Origin: Lingula anatina
Lineage: Eukaryota > Animalia > Brachiopoda
NCBI GenBank assembly: GCA_051362555.1
Contig: CM120642.1
Coordinates: 8,060,001-8,124,000 of the forward strand
DNA: 64,000 bases
Reading direction: 5' to 3'
The notes under the pieces were generated by a model that was not told where the DNA came from, did no database searches, and saw nothing but the letters and a program-made list of their open reading frames with translations. Shown here one piece after another: positions 1 to 11,100 of the stretch. Each line of letters starts with the position of its first letter. Within the stretch, counting starts at the first letter, position 1. Made by a program: the position numbers and the translations under genes.

Positions 1-254
1 CTAAATTCAGTATTTAGAAAACTACCATCTTTAAAATTATTTAAGAAATAAGTTTCCCAAAAATATACTTCTATCAAAAGCTGGTTTCCATTGCTTATCC
101 TGTTTGTGGATGGATTTTTGGTATATGGTCATAAGGTATTGCTTTTGGGGGTGGACAGTACAGTGAAATGGTTGTCCTTATAGATGTCAAGTTGAAGCAA
201 CAACTGAAAATTGTCTAGACAAACCTACTAAAGAAATAAAAAATAACCATAGTT

Positions 255-2581
255 TTATATTTTATCGGCAGGATTCTGATCAGGCGTATCTGTTTTAGTG
301 ACTTCTCCTTTATCATTCTCTTGTGGTGACGGAGATTCTCCACTGCCATCAAAGCGTGGCCAGCAGATATTGTATGTTTCCTCCATATTTAAAAAGGATC
401 CTGGGAGAACAGGAATATAGTCATCAAATTCATAACCATCTGCTGAGAAAACGTCTGATGGAGTGGATGTTTTTGATTTGTTTGAAACTGGTGGCGTTCC
501 AGGTATTGGGGGTAGATGACGTGGCCTAACTGGGGGAGGACTTTTCATTTTGAGTTTTTCAATAGCAACTTGGTCTTCAAGTACGACACCATTATTATGA
601 GGGTTTCCCACATTGGATTTTGTGAGTGGCCTCACTGGCAATGTTAATTTTTTTGTATCGGGTCTGGACTGAAAAATGGAGGAGTATGGCTTGGGAAATT
701 GTGGCTGAAATGTCTGCATGTGGAACACCTCCCTAGGTGGCACCACTGACTCCCCACCTTCAGGTGTGGTGTGAGGAGTGATGCTTTTCCCATTACTGTC
801 TTTTGCTTTCAATTTGTCTGAACTCTTTGATTTTTTCTTTCCAGATTTATCACTGTCCATTGTGCTGTCTTTACTACTGGAACTATATCTTTTCAGAGAT
901 TTTCCCTTGTCATCTGGCTTGGTGTCTTTAGGGGTATCTTTAGCTCCACCATCTGATGATGGGGTTGGAATGTGAGATTGAAGCACCTTGGGTTCCTGGT
1001 GAACCCCAGGGGATGTACTCCCCTCAGGAATACCGGGCGGGGTTTTCTGCTTGTCCCATACCTCAAAATGAGGGGAAGTAGCATTTAATGCTTGAGCCGC
1101 TGGAGTGTTTGGTCTATTTTTTGTCTTCTTGAGCTGATCTGAACGATCCGAAGTAGACCCAGGAAGTGGAATGTTCTCGTTTATTGTTTCCATAGCAACA
1201 GGTTGTTGTTGTGAATGTGAAGATAAAGACGGATCATCTTGCTGCTGGTGATGTTTATGACTCTTTGATTTCTTTCCATGTCCCTTTCCTTTACTTCCAC
1301 CTTGGCTAACATGTTTGCCATCAGGGTCTACTGTGTCTAGTGAATGTAATGCAGGTTTAGGTGTGCCCCGCCCAGTTTTTTCAGGTGGTGGGGTGGGTTG
1401 TCCCCTCTTTCTACCATGTGCGCCCCCATAGTTTTCACGACTGAGCTTATGATGCAAGTTAGGAGATTCACGATATTGAGCACGGTCTCTCCTGTGTGCC
1501 ACAGGGGAAGCCCCATACATGTCTCTTTCTTTTATTTTTTGTATGCTAGGTGAAGCCCTGACATATTCTTTTGTGGGACTGTGTCCCCTTGTCCTTGCCA
1601 TTTCCTTCGAGGGACTTCTGTCTAAAGTTCTGTTGATGTCTTTAGTTGGACTTCTCCTAACTTGTATAATCTCTTTCGTGGGACTTTTAACTGGGCTCTT
1701 GGCCCTTCTGTCAGATCTTTTGATATATTCATAGTTATGTGGTTGTGATTTATTATGGTGATGGTGGGTTGGAGAGATCATGCCATCTCTTTCACCTTCA
1801 CCCCTGTCTCGATGCCTGTGTCTATGATGACGGTGCTCTCGCCCTATCTCCTCATAATCATCATCATGTCTACGCCTGTGTCTGTGACGTTCATGTCTGT
1901 GATTTTCATAATCATCATCTGAATGTCGTCTTGTGCGAGATTTGTGTTTATGAGTTGGAGACATATTCTCAGGCATTGGACTCGCATGCAGGAACTTTGC
2001 ATCATGTACAAAGTCATTTTCTGTTGCATTAACAGCATAGGGACTTTTCACAGGGCTGCACGCAGGGTGTGGAAGGCTTTTTGACCTTAACTCTTGGTGG
2101 GGTTGATGAGATGGTCCTGCCTCAGCCATGTCAATCCCTTCCCCAAGTAGAGAATTGTGGGAAGAATGTAACGACTGACCTCTGGATCCCAGTCTACAGT
2201 TAGCACCTGTGCTTTCCTTGGTTGGAGACTTCTGAAGGTTAGTGTACTCATTACAATTAGTCTCAGAACGTGATACCATCAGAGCATACGGCGTGTCATT
2301 CGGAGTCTGTCGTCCTGTTGGTTTGTAGGTCACTTCAGATGATGCATTCCTTAGTGCAGATCTTTTTGCTGCAGATGGTATGAATCCGTTTTCCTCAGTT
2401 CTTGTGAGTGTGTATCCATACTTCTTCCTACGGCGCCTCCAGACACAGTGATGGAGGGCAAATATGGAAGCTGCTAGAACTATAGCACAGCACAGTGTAA
2501 TGGCAACTATGGTTATGGTGCTTTTCCAAGTACCACCCTCTTTAGGAGATCCTGACACAAAGCTCTCTGGGATCACAGCAG
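255..2581 (-). CDS. gogo: gogo/THSD1-like gene, exon 5 (transmembrane helix + ~725 aa low-complexity cytoplasmic tail, stop TAA)
   Basis: Acceptor attttcag|CTGCTGTG, in frame with the 773-aa ORF. TM segment TITIVAITLCCAIVLAASIFAL followed by the stop-transfer RRRRKK; tail rich in S/P/H/R/K. The 3' UTR runs off the window start. Confidence 0.93.
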
Positions 2582-2793
2582 CTGAAAATTAAAATCACAA
2601 CCATATCAACAACTGGTGTACCAGTTACTGGCTTAACAATCCTGAACAATATTGATAAATGTAATCTGCATTCACTATGGGAAGTTTTCTGGACATTTTG
2701 AATTATGAATATATGTGCAACATTAAGAAAAGAAATTAATTCAACTGAAGAAATAAGTACCTATCAGTATGTCGAATAGAAGTACGTAAATGT

Positions 2794-2794
<1 letters not shown>

Positions 2795-2880
<86 letters not shown>
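2795..2880. repeat. (GT)n(AT)n microsatellite in gogo-like intron 4
   Basis: Direct reading. Confidence 0.97.
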
Positions 2881-2886
<6 letters not shown>

Positions 2887-2924
2887 CATGGCTTTTTATC
2901 TAGAACAAATCCTCTACAACCTAC

Positions 2925-3320
2925 CAACTGTGCTGTACTCTGCAATGAACCCATGTCCATTCAATCCTACCGCAGGCTTCCCATCACTCCGTGAGATCAC
3001 AAACTCCAGTAGTAGGATGTTACCAGATGATACTATAGTCTTAGGCAACTGGCAGCCTGTATGATAAACAAGCAACTCAGACATCTGCTTGTTGCCATCA
3101 CGGACCTTCAGCCATTGTACATTATCCATCAGGTTGAATTCTTTGAACTCAAGCCGAATACCCTGCCCCTTCTTTGTCTCGATCACCCAGCGACTATCGC
3201 CCTTACAGGCTGACATGGCAACTATTTTGCCACTTGGGTCCTTCAGGTGACAACCACATGCACAGGGGGGAGGGGGTGGAAGCTCCGTGGTGGTTGGAGG
3301 TTCTGTGCTTCGAGAGAGAC
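2925..3320 (-). CDS. gogo: gogo/THSD1-like gene, exon 4 (Pro/Thr linker + CUB domain)
   Basis: atttcag|GTCTC...GTT G|GTAGGT, 396 nt, phase 1-1. Translation CACGCHLKDPSGKI...WVIETKKGQGIRLEFKEFNL...WLKVRDG...IVSSGNILLLEF...GFIAEY is a recognisable CUB fold. Confidence 0.93.
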
Positions 3321-5895
3321 CTGAAATATTGAGGATGTAATTTTCAGGTGGTAAAAAGGAATATTTAAATTGTAATTGTTGAAACCTTTACATGCAAGTG
3401 TCAGACACACTGGAAAAGAGTCAGTTGCCTAGCTTGCAGACATGTTATCTTTTTAATCATGGAATATTTGTTGCAAAACATACAGAAAACATTGTTAGAA
3501 ATATAGAACTTAAAAAATCTTTTCTCTTGCAAATAAAAAAAATGAAAGGTTTTTTTTCTACTGTTTTACCAAGATTTGATTTAAGAAACATTTCACTTTA
3601 AATGTTTACCTGTGACAAGGATTTAGATTTAGAGGAAAATGTGACCATTTTAAATGATTGTGTTAGTTGAGACATGGTATTGCAGCTGGTTGTTTTTGTG
3701 ATTGTGTTAGTGCCTGTATATTTGCCTTACACTTTTACATGTCAGCGAATGAGTTTTTTAAAAATAGGTTTCAATAATATTGTACAAATGAGTACTTTAA
3801 AACTAACAGAAGCATTAAACCATTTCCGTTGCATTTCGTGCACATTCCCATATCCATATCCCACATCCAACCCAAATTTTAAATCAAAGAAAAGTATATT
3901 AATCTGCCCTCCTACTCCCACCTAGAAAAATTAATTAAAAACAAATAAACAAAAAAAATAAATAATGAAAATAGTCCCAGTATAAGTAACCGAACCATGG
4001 TCATATATACTATAAAATATCCCAAGCTGCCCAGATTTTGCAAGCACCATACTGTGCTTTATTATAGAATTAACTTTTAGAATTAAAGATTGATCTGCGT
4101 ACCAAAGCCAGACAAATTGTCCGAAAATGTTTTATCTGATGAACTGGATAAAGTCAAACACCAAAAATATATCTTCATACAAAATAAGATCAATGACAAT
4201 GATTCCATTTCATCTCACTCCAGACAAAATCAATGATGTTCATTATTATCTGATTATAGTCTTAGTAGTACACTATTACTATTTTACAACTGAGAAGTTC
4301 AGTAAGTACGTCATATCGATTTCATGTCTACATGATACACTTCCTTACAACGTTGATTGCTAAATCATAATCCATTTGTAGATTAAGGGCAAGACAAATA
4401 AATTGTTTTTTTCAATTCTCCAATAAATTATTTTAGTAGACAGTAATACAACATTATCACCCAGGACAAAAAATGTTTAACTCTATTTTCATGTTCCTAA
4501 ATGCCAAAATAAGATCTTTATCAGAAAAGTCTGCATCACAAGATTACAATACTTTTTGCTTGAGCATTCTGATTGTCCTCTGTTATACCAATTAGCAAAT
4601 TCAATCAGGTCAACCTCGAGAGAAATCACAAGAGGATCATTGTCTATAAACTTCTGCACTCCACCTGGGGACAAAATGGCCTAGGGGTAAGGTTATCGAG
4701 AATTACCATACCATGACGCATATCTCAGAAAATAATAGTCACCAGTCAGTCAACATGTGCATTTCAGTCAACAAGTCATGCAACTTCAATTGCATGTATG
4801 TTTTCATACTAATATGTACTGAATTTCAATTTTGGAGTCAACCAGTACATTCCCATTTATTATTGTATTTTAATATTTTTAGAAATAATGTTTTTATATT
4901 GAGGAAAGCTATAGCGTGACTGTGTGTGTGTGTCTTGTGGGGGGGGGGGATCAGACTTTTAGATGATATTTTATATATTTCTAATAACTGTATGGTCTTC
5001 TAATAAACAGAGAAGAATGACATGGAAACTCAATTGTGAGGGGTTAAGTATCAAAAGTGGGGTTGAAGAAGGAGTTTCATTACAAAAGAGTAATAAAACA
5101 ACTACATGCCATATAATATTACATACAAAATAGGTCATTCAGTGCATTCTCATTTATTTTTCTCGAAGTCATAAATTATTGGATTAATTCTATAATTATA
5201 ATTACAATATATTTTGGGTTTATTTAGTGTATGGGGAAATTTATTTTCATGACTTTGAGGTGATCTGAAACTGTATTATATTTTAAAACATTTCTTTATA
5301 TCCTTAAATACGTATGAAGGGGAGAGAAGGAGAGATAAAGATGACAAGACAAATGTGGTGGGATGAAATGTTGTAAGGTTACAGGTGGAATCTGATTAGA
5401 AATTATCTTGCAGTCATCAAGTGCAAACGATAAAAATGCTCAATTCTTTTACTTAATGGCTTGTTTAAACGAAAAGATATACCGCAAAACTTTATTAATG
5501 CAAAAGAGAGAGTGAGACAGCAACAGTCAGGCAAAATTACCACAACATCAGCAATTTCAAACATTGACACACCCTCAGAAATTTCCACTCACTAGAATTA
5601 AAGAACAAAATCAACTAAACTGCAATCAGTAAAATCAAGAGTTGATTGGCCATGCCACACCCATGAGAGTGGTGGTTGTGGAGTGGGGGTGGGGGTGGGG
5701 GGAGTTGGGGGGGGGGGAGGAGAAGAAGTGCATTTGGGGGAAGGAGCAGAGGTGCATTTCCAGTAGAAGTGTCCAGGCCCCACTACATACATTACATGTA
5801 GTAACTTGCCTGCTGGCACCAAATGATGTATTATAATAAACTGCCAGTCTGAATATATGTAGTTCTGCTTATCTAACCTTTTGCAGTATACTTAC

Positions 5896-6072
5896 GCCTG
5901 CAGTCCACAGTGCAATCTTCCCAGATGATATTCTCTCCTTTGCAGAATTTGCCCCCTGGGGATGGGGTGGGGTTGTTACAAAGACGGTAGCGGCTGTGCT
6001 TCCCCTTGCCACATGTGGCCGTGCACTCTCCCCATTCAGACCACTCACTCCAGTTACCATCCTCTACAGGTG
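5896..6072 (-). CDS. gogo: gogo/THSD1-like gene, exon 3 (thrombospondin type-1 repeat)
   Basis: ttgcag|CACCT...AGG C|GTAAGT, 177 nt, phase 1-1. Canonical TSP1 signature DGNWSEWSEWGECTATCGKGKHSRYRLCNNPTPSPGGKFCKG. Confidence 0.95.
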
Positions 6073-6671
6073 CTGCAATTACAAAATATAATACCATTCA
6101 TTGCCTTGGTTTCTGTGAATGGTTTTGGAACATTTCATTAAATTAATTAAAACGTATGTTAGAAACAATTTGATTGAAGGTAAAATAAAATCAAAAATAG
6201 GAAAACTGTCGTGCCCAACACCTCCCTGCTTTGATATATGTCAGGAAAAGAAGGAAATAATGATGCTTAATTCTAAACTTGTTTTGTTTCTAACTCTGGA
6301 AAATAAAAGAAAGATCCTGTAAATATAATATTGCCCCCATTCTGATAATTCTGAAATGAATTTTTAAAACAAATTAATGTGGTTTTGAGACTTTTAAAAA
6401 TGCTTCTGAAAACAATACAGGTAGCTGAAATCGTAAGTAGAAATCAAATATGCACACATCTTTTATCCGCCATTAGGCATTGTGTAAGATGCTGGAGTGA
6501 AATGCCCCATGAAATGCATAATGTCATTATCAATACAATCATAATGGAACTTTTAATTATTGATGAATGTTAATTGCCTAACATGTAACTTGAATAGTAA
6601 ATTCCTATGCTAAATGTTTTAGAAGCAGAACACTCCTTGTTTTGTCCTAGCAAATGGTGGATGCAAAGTCT

Positions 6672-6673
6672 AA

Positions 6674-6720
<47 letters not shown>

Positions 6721-6722
6721 AT
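6672..6722. repeat. (AAAT)n microsatellite
   Basis: Direct reading. Confidence 0.95.
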
Positions 6723-7934
6723 AGAAAGAAGTGTGGCAATAATTTGTTCCAGTTATTTTTTTATAAATGTTGATGAACAGAGATTAACTCATCAAGCAAA
6801 AATGAACTCCACTGTGTGATCAAGGTGAAAAGTCAACGTGAAAAGTCAAATTACATAGACATAAACTTTCACAAATTGCATGATTTTGTTGGCTTACAAT
6901 TTGTTTGCAGAATAATCTGAAATTGAGCTGACAGAGCTTGGTTTATGCATTTTGAAAGATACTTGAAAGGAAATGTCACTGGCAAGTCCATGATCTTTTC
7001 TTCACAAGAAAAGGCTGTTTGTTCTAATCCACAAAAATAACTTGATTCAAAACATAATATATTTTGTCTATTATACACCTGTCTTTTGGTTGTATAAAGG
7101 ACATTTCTTTAATTCTTTATCTACATTAAAAATAATCCCTGCTTTGTCATTTTAAGGCTCAGAAAATGAATGTCAACAACAGTGGCAAGTAAATGCAAAC
7201 ATTCTATTTCATCATTCAAATTTAATGTGCAAGAAAAAATTAAACCTTTAAAAGAAAATGTAATCTCTACATCTTAACTTTCAAGCCATGAAAAATAGAT
7301 TAATACTACACAGAAATAAAATTGATACACCCTTTTCTCTTATATAAAGACAAGCACTCAGATCTTCTTTCAGGTGTATAACATGCAATGACACATCCCC
7401 TGTGCAAAAAATCATGACAGTATTAAATCTTCAAATTGCAATTTTGCACCGCCATCATCATTATCGTCATCATCAATGGCCCCCAAACAAACAGGACCCC
7501 TAATGGGGTTTCATTAAAGGAAGCAGGTTAATTGATTTTAATGGCATCTTTATGAAGAGGTTAATAAGATAGAGGAAATGCTTTTGAAGCCCTGATATTT
7601 TCTTTTATTATCGGGGATAGTTCAAAGGAGGTATGGTTACCTAAGGAATGGAGCCTTTGTGGAGACGTAATTGCAAGGTACTTCGTTTCTTTCTTATGGC
7701 ACTGTGTGCAAAGAGTAACAGTATTGCAGGTATTTAGAATGTGAAATCAGCAGAAACAGGAGCTCATATTTTTAGGGGGAGGGGGAGGCAGAGGAAGCAT
7801 TGAAGAAGGATTGAGAGGGAAGGAAGGACAGAGCTCAACTAAGTTTTAACTTGCACAGACAAATTAAGTGAAAGGATAAAGGTGGAGAACAAAAAAAGTA
7901 AAATATAGAAAACTATTAAAGTTTCCCCTGTCAG

Positions 7935-8101
7935 CATGGGCGGATTGAGACCGTCTTCTGGGTCTTTCAAACAATGGTCAGATTTATAAGTTTACATTGA
8001 AGGGTATCTATTTTTTCTGTCGGAAGACAGTCAAAAATGGAGGATGGATCAACAAAGATAATTTGGAAGACTGTCAGAAAATATCTCTGGATCCGCCCCT
8101 G
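7935..8101. mobile_element. Degenerate MITE of the same CAGGGGCGGATCCAG type
   Basis: Left CATGGGCGGATTGAGA vs right TCTGGATCCGCCCCTG; TSD not convincing. Confidence 0.45.
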
Positions 8102-11100
8102 TCTGTGTACATGTGGAAAGCTCAAAATGGTAACTTTGAAAGAAGATTTTGTATGCCCAACTTCATTAGAAACTTTCAACATGGGTACCTTCTTTTAAAG
8201 TTTTGCAAATATGTTCGAGATACATAATTTGGACTGACCCTATCAGTTTTATCTTTGATTTTATTCAAGACATTATTATTTCAGACTTGACATAGGCAAA
8301 CGCCAGAGAACAGACACACTTGTTCTCTGATGATCTCCTGAATAAAGCTGGCCTAATTCAATAAATCTTCAAAATTATCTAGAAAAAAGCTTCTGCTACA
8401 TGGGTATTTCAATGATTTTAGCCCCTAAAAATGGCGTGCAGAGATGTCACATAAGAAAATGCAGGACTGGAATGATTCATGTTACTCTCCTGCCTATTCC
8501 TCCATCCTTAAATGGCAAAATGTGTCTTGAAATACAATGTCAGGATTATAGAATTTGACTTAGGAACAGAGCAGCCTTTTTACCCCATTGTAGCAGAATA
8601 AAAAGCTTAATCCAAAGAAGGGATTACGATACTGCCTTTTTCAACCTGTATTCTAAAGCTTTGGAGATAAGAAGATGAAGATAGGCTTAGGTAGCGCTGA
8701 TATCCAGATTGGATTCCATATCAACTGATTCTGATCGGATAAAGCTATTAAAAGACATTAGATTTAATGACATGAGTTAGAGAGTTTCAATACCTTTGAT
8801 TACTCTTTTTGTTGAATCGAATAAACTGACAAAAAAGTGTGTCTAAGCTTTTAGCAATATTTCACAAAATGAAGTTACAGTTTATTGTGTATTTCAATAC
8901 ATTAAAACTATCCAAACCCTAACTCTCTCTTTCTCTGTCTTGCTCTGAATTCAAATATTTGAATTTGTATGGCATAATTAAAATCCTGTACTTAGCTAGA
9001 AAGTATTGACAGTGATACAGCATCACTATCTCCTGTCTTAATTGTTCTACTGTTCAATAAATCAGTACAAGCCTGAATAGAGAGGAAGTTTCAAATGATT
9101 CATCATCCGAAAGTAAGTCTGATATCATTTCAGTCTTTTCTAATCACCAAACATTATTCCATTAGCAAGTAAGGTGCTACGGTGCTGATGCATGTATTAT
9201 GGCCTGTCGTAATGCATATATCGAGTGCTCCAGTAACATGAAAACTCAGGGGGATTTTATTAATTTTTCATCACTTGAGAATGACATCGTAATTGGTTTA
9301 ATTTGCAACCACTGGGTATAGTAATTGCTTAAATTCAAAGTGTTTGCAATTTGCAAAGGAATGCTCACTCAGTCGTGAAAATCAACTTAAATTTGTAAAA
9401 ATCCTTCATGAAAAGAATAAAGCAATGCATTATTGGATCGATAGTGATACACTCTACTGTTTTGATATGCTCTGACAGTAACACGCACACACACGCACAT
9501 GCATATACTTGTGTACATGCTCACACATGTAGACAAATATACTCCCTCTTCTCATCTTGCACAAACACTTTAGCCCATCCTTCTATTTCTATTATCATTA
9601 TTTTGTCATTTAGATAATAAAATTTAGAAGTTTTCTTCGAGAGAAAATATACTGCATCCATATCATTATGTCACACACTGATAGATGATTCACTTACCAT
9701 TTTTCCCCAAGGAAAAAGCATGAAGAAATAGAAAGAGTGATATAATGTTAGCTGTGTTAATTATTTCAAATGACTCCATTAGTTCTTTAACAACAAAATA
9801 ATATTATTTAAAAAAATACCAAAATGTTTGGACATGTGAGAATATTTCAATATGCTGACTTTATGTAACAGTGCATTCAACATTTTTTTTTTTTTTTTTT
9901 TGAAAAATTGATAGTAAAACCACAACAAATACATCCATGCAGGAAAAATGCATGCATAAATAAAGGATTGTTACCAGGCATACTAAAACAGGGCACACAA
10001 TAAGTTGATGAAAAATAACATGAATGTCATATATACTTGTATATTTATTTAATTGCAATATCACACAGACACAGGCAGAGAGAAAAAGTGGCAAGATAAT
10101 ACAATTCTAGGTCATCTAAAAATTAATTGGGGTATTTGTCCTACACTTAACTAAAATATTTTGACTGAGAGTTGTAAGGAGGGGGTCTCTCTCTGTTGTT
10201 CAGTCACCTGATGAAATGAGTTTGACCAATTTTTCGTCTTTGGTATTCATGGTCTGAACCCACCACTTCACTGAACCAATAATAAAGTTACAAGAGTACT
10301 TCCTCTATAACTGATAAAATGATGCACTGCTTACGCAACAATGACATCAGCAGAAAGCCTGATTTATAAAACTATCCCTCGTTGCAGTACGTATCATCCT
10401 GTGACTGGCGTCTCTGTACACTAATCTATACTGCATATACCACTGAACCACCAGTTATGCAAGGGATTTGGGTGTTTACAAAACTGTATCAATAAATTTT
10501 CTCTGGTATTTTGAAACCACTTTCTCCTTTTCTTTTCTGACAAGTTGTTCAAGATTTATCTTCTTCCTCTTGTCCTGTTCTATGATTTTACTACATAATT
10601 ATGAAATTCCTATTTATTGAAATGACAACTGTGCAATTTACTTGCATCTTAACTTTCATGCTGTAACAGTTCTTTTTTGTAACATTTTTATGTTTTAATA
10701 AGTGTTATCTAAATATTCTAATAACATATCTTGAGGAGAAATCATTTTGAAAAAGGTTCTTTCCTTTTAAAAGTTTTGTGACTTTCTGCTGTACTTTTTT
10801 TCTCCATTTCCTCTGTAAGTTCCTCCCGTTACCCTGTTTTCATTTCACATTAAATGTATCAAAAGACTCCACATCTCAGCTGTCTGCTTCAGAACAATAT
10901 GTGGAATGATTAGTTTCCCCTTTGCCTTTTTGATGCTGAGAACTGAATAAAGATGTCTAATCGGGCAGACATTTCATTTCGCACATCCAAAAGCAAAAAG
11001 GTTGCCACACGAGAGGGTTAAGCACTTTAAAAACTTTTTATGGCTGGAAGGAATAATGCATTCTTATGTGAATAATCACAGCCATTAACGGTGTGCCAAG

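Noticed and set aside
323-2038. Several short ORFs overlapping exon 5 on both strands
   Set aside because: Antisense or alternative-frame shadows of the long coding exon.
2795-3064. ORFs with YIYIYI runs (also HTHTHT, ERERER, IIII ORFs elsewhere)
   Set aside because: Translations of microsatellites.
5598-5836. Pro-rich / Gly-rich ORFs in intron 3
   Set aside because: Produced by the G-run tract; no convincing splice sites or domain.
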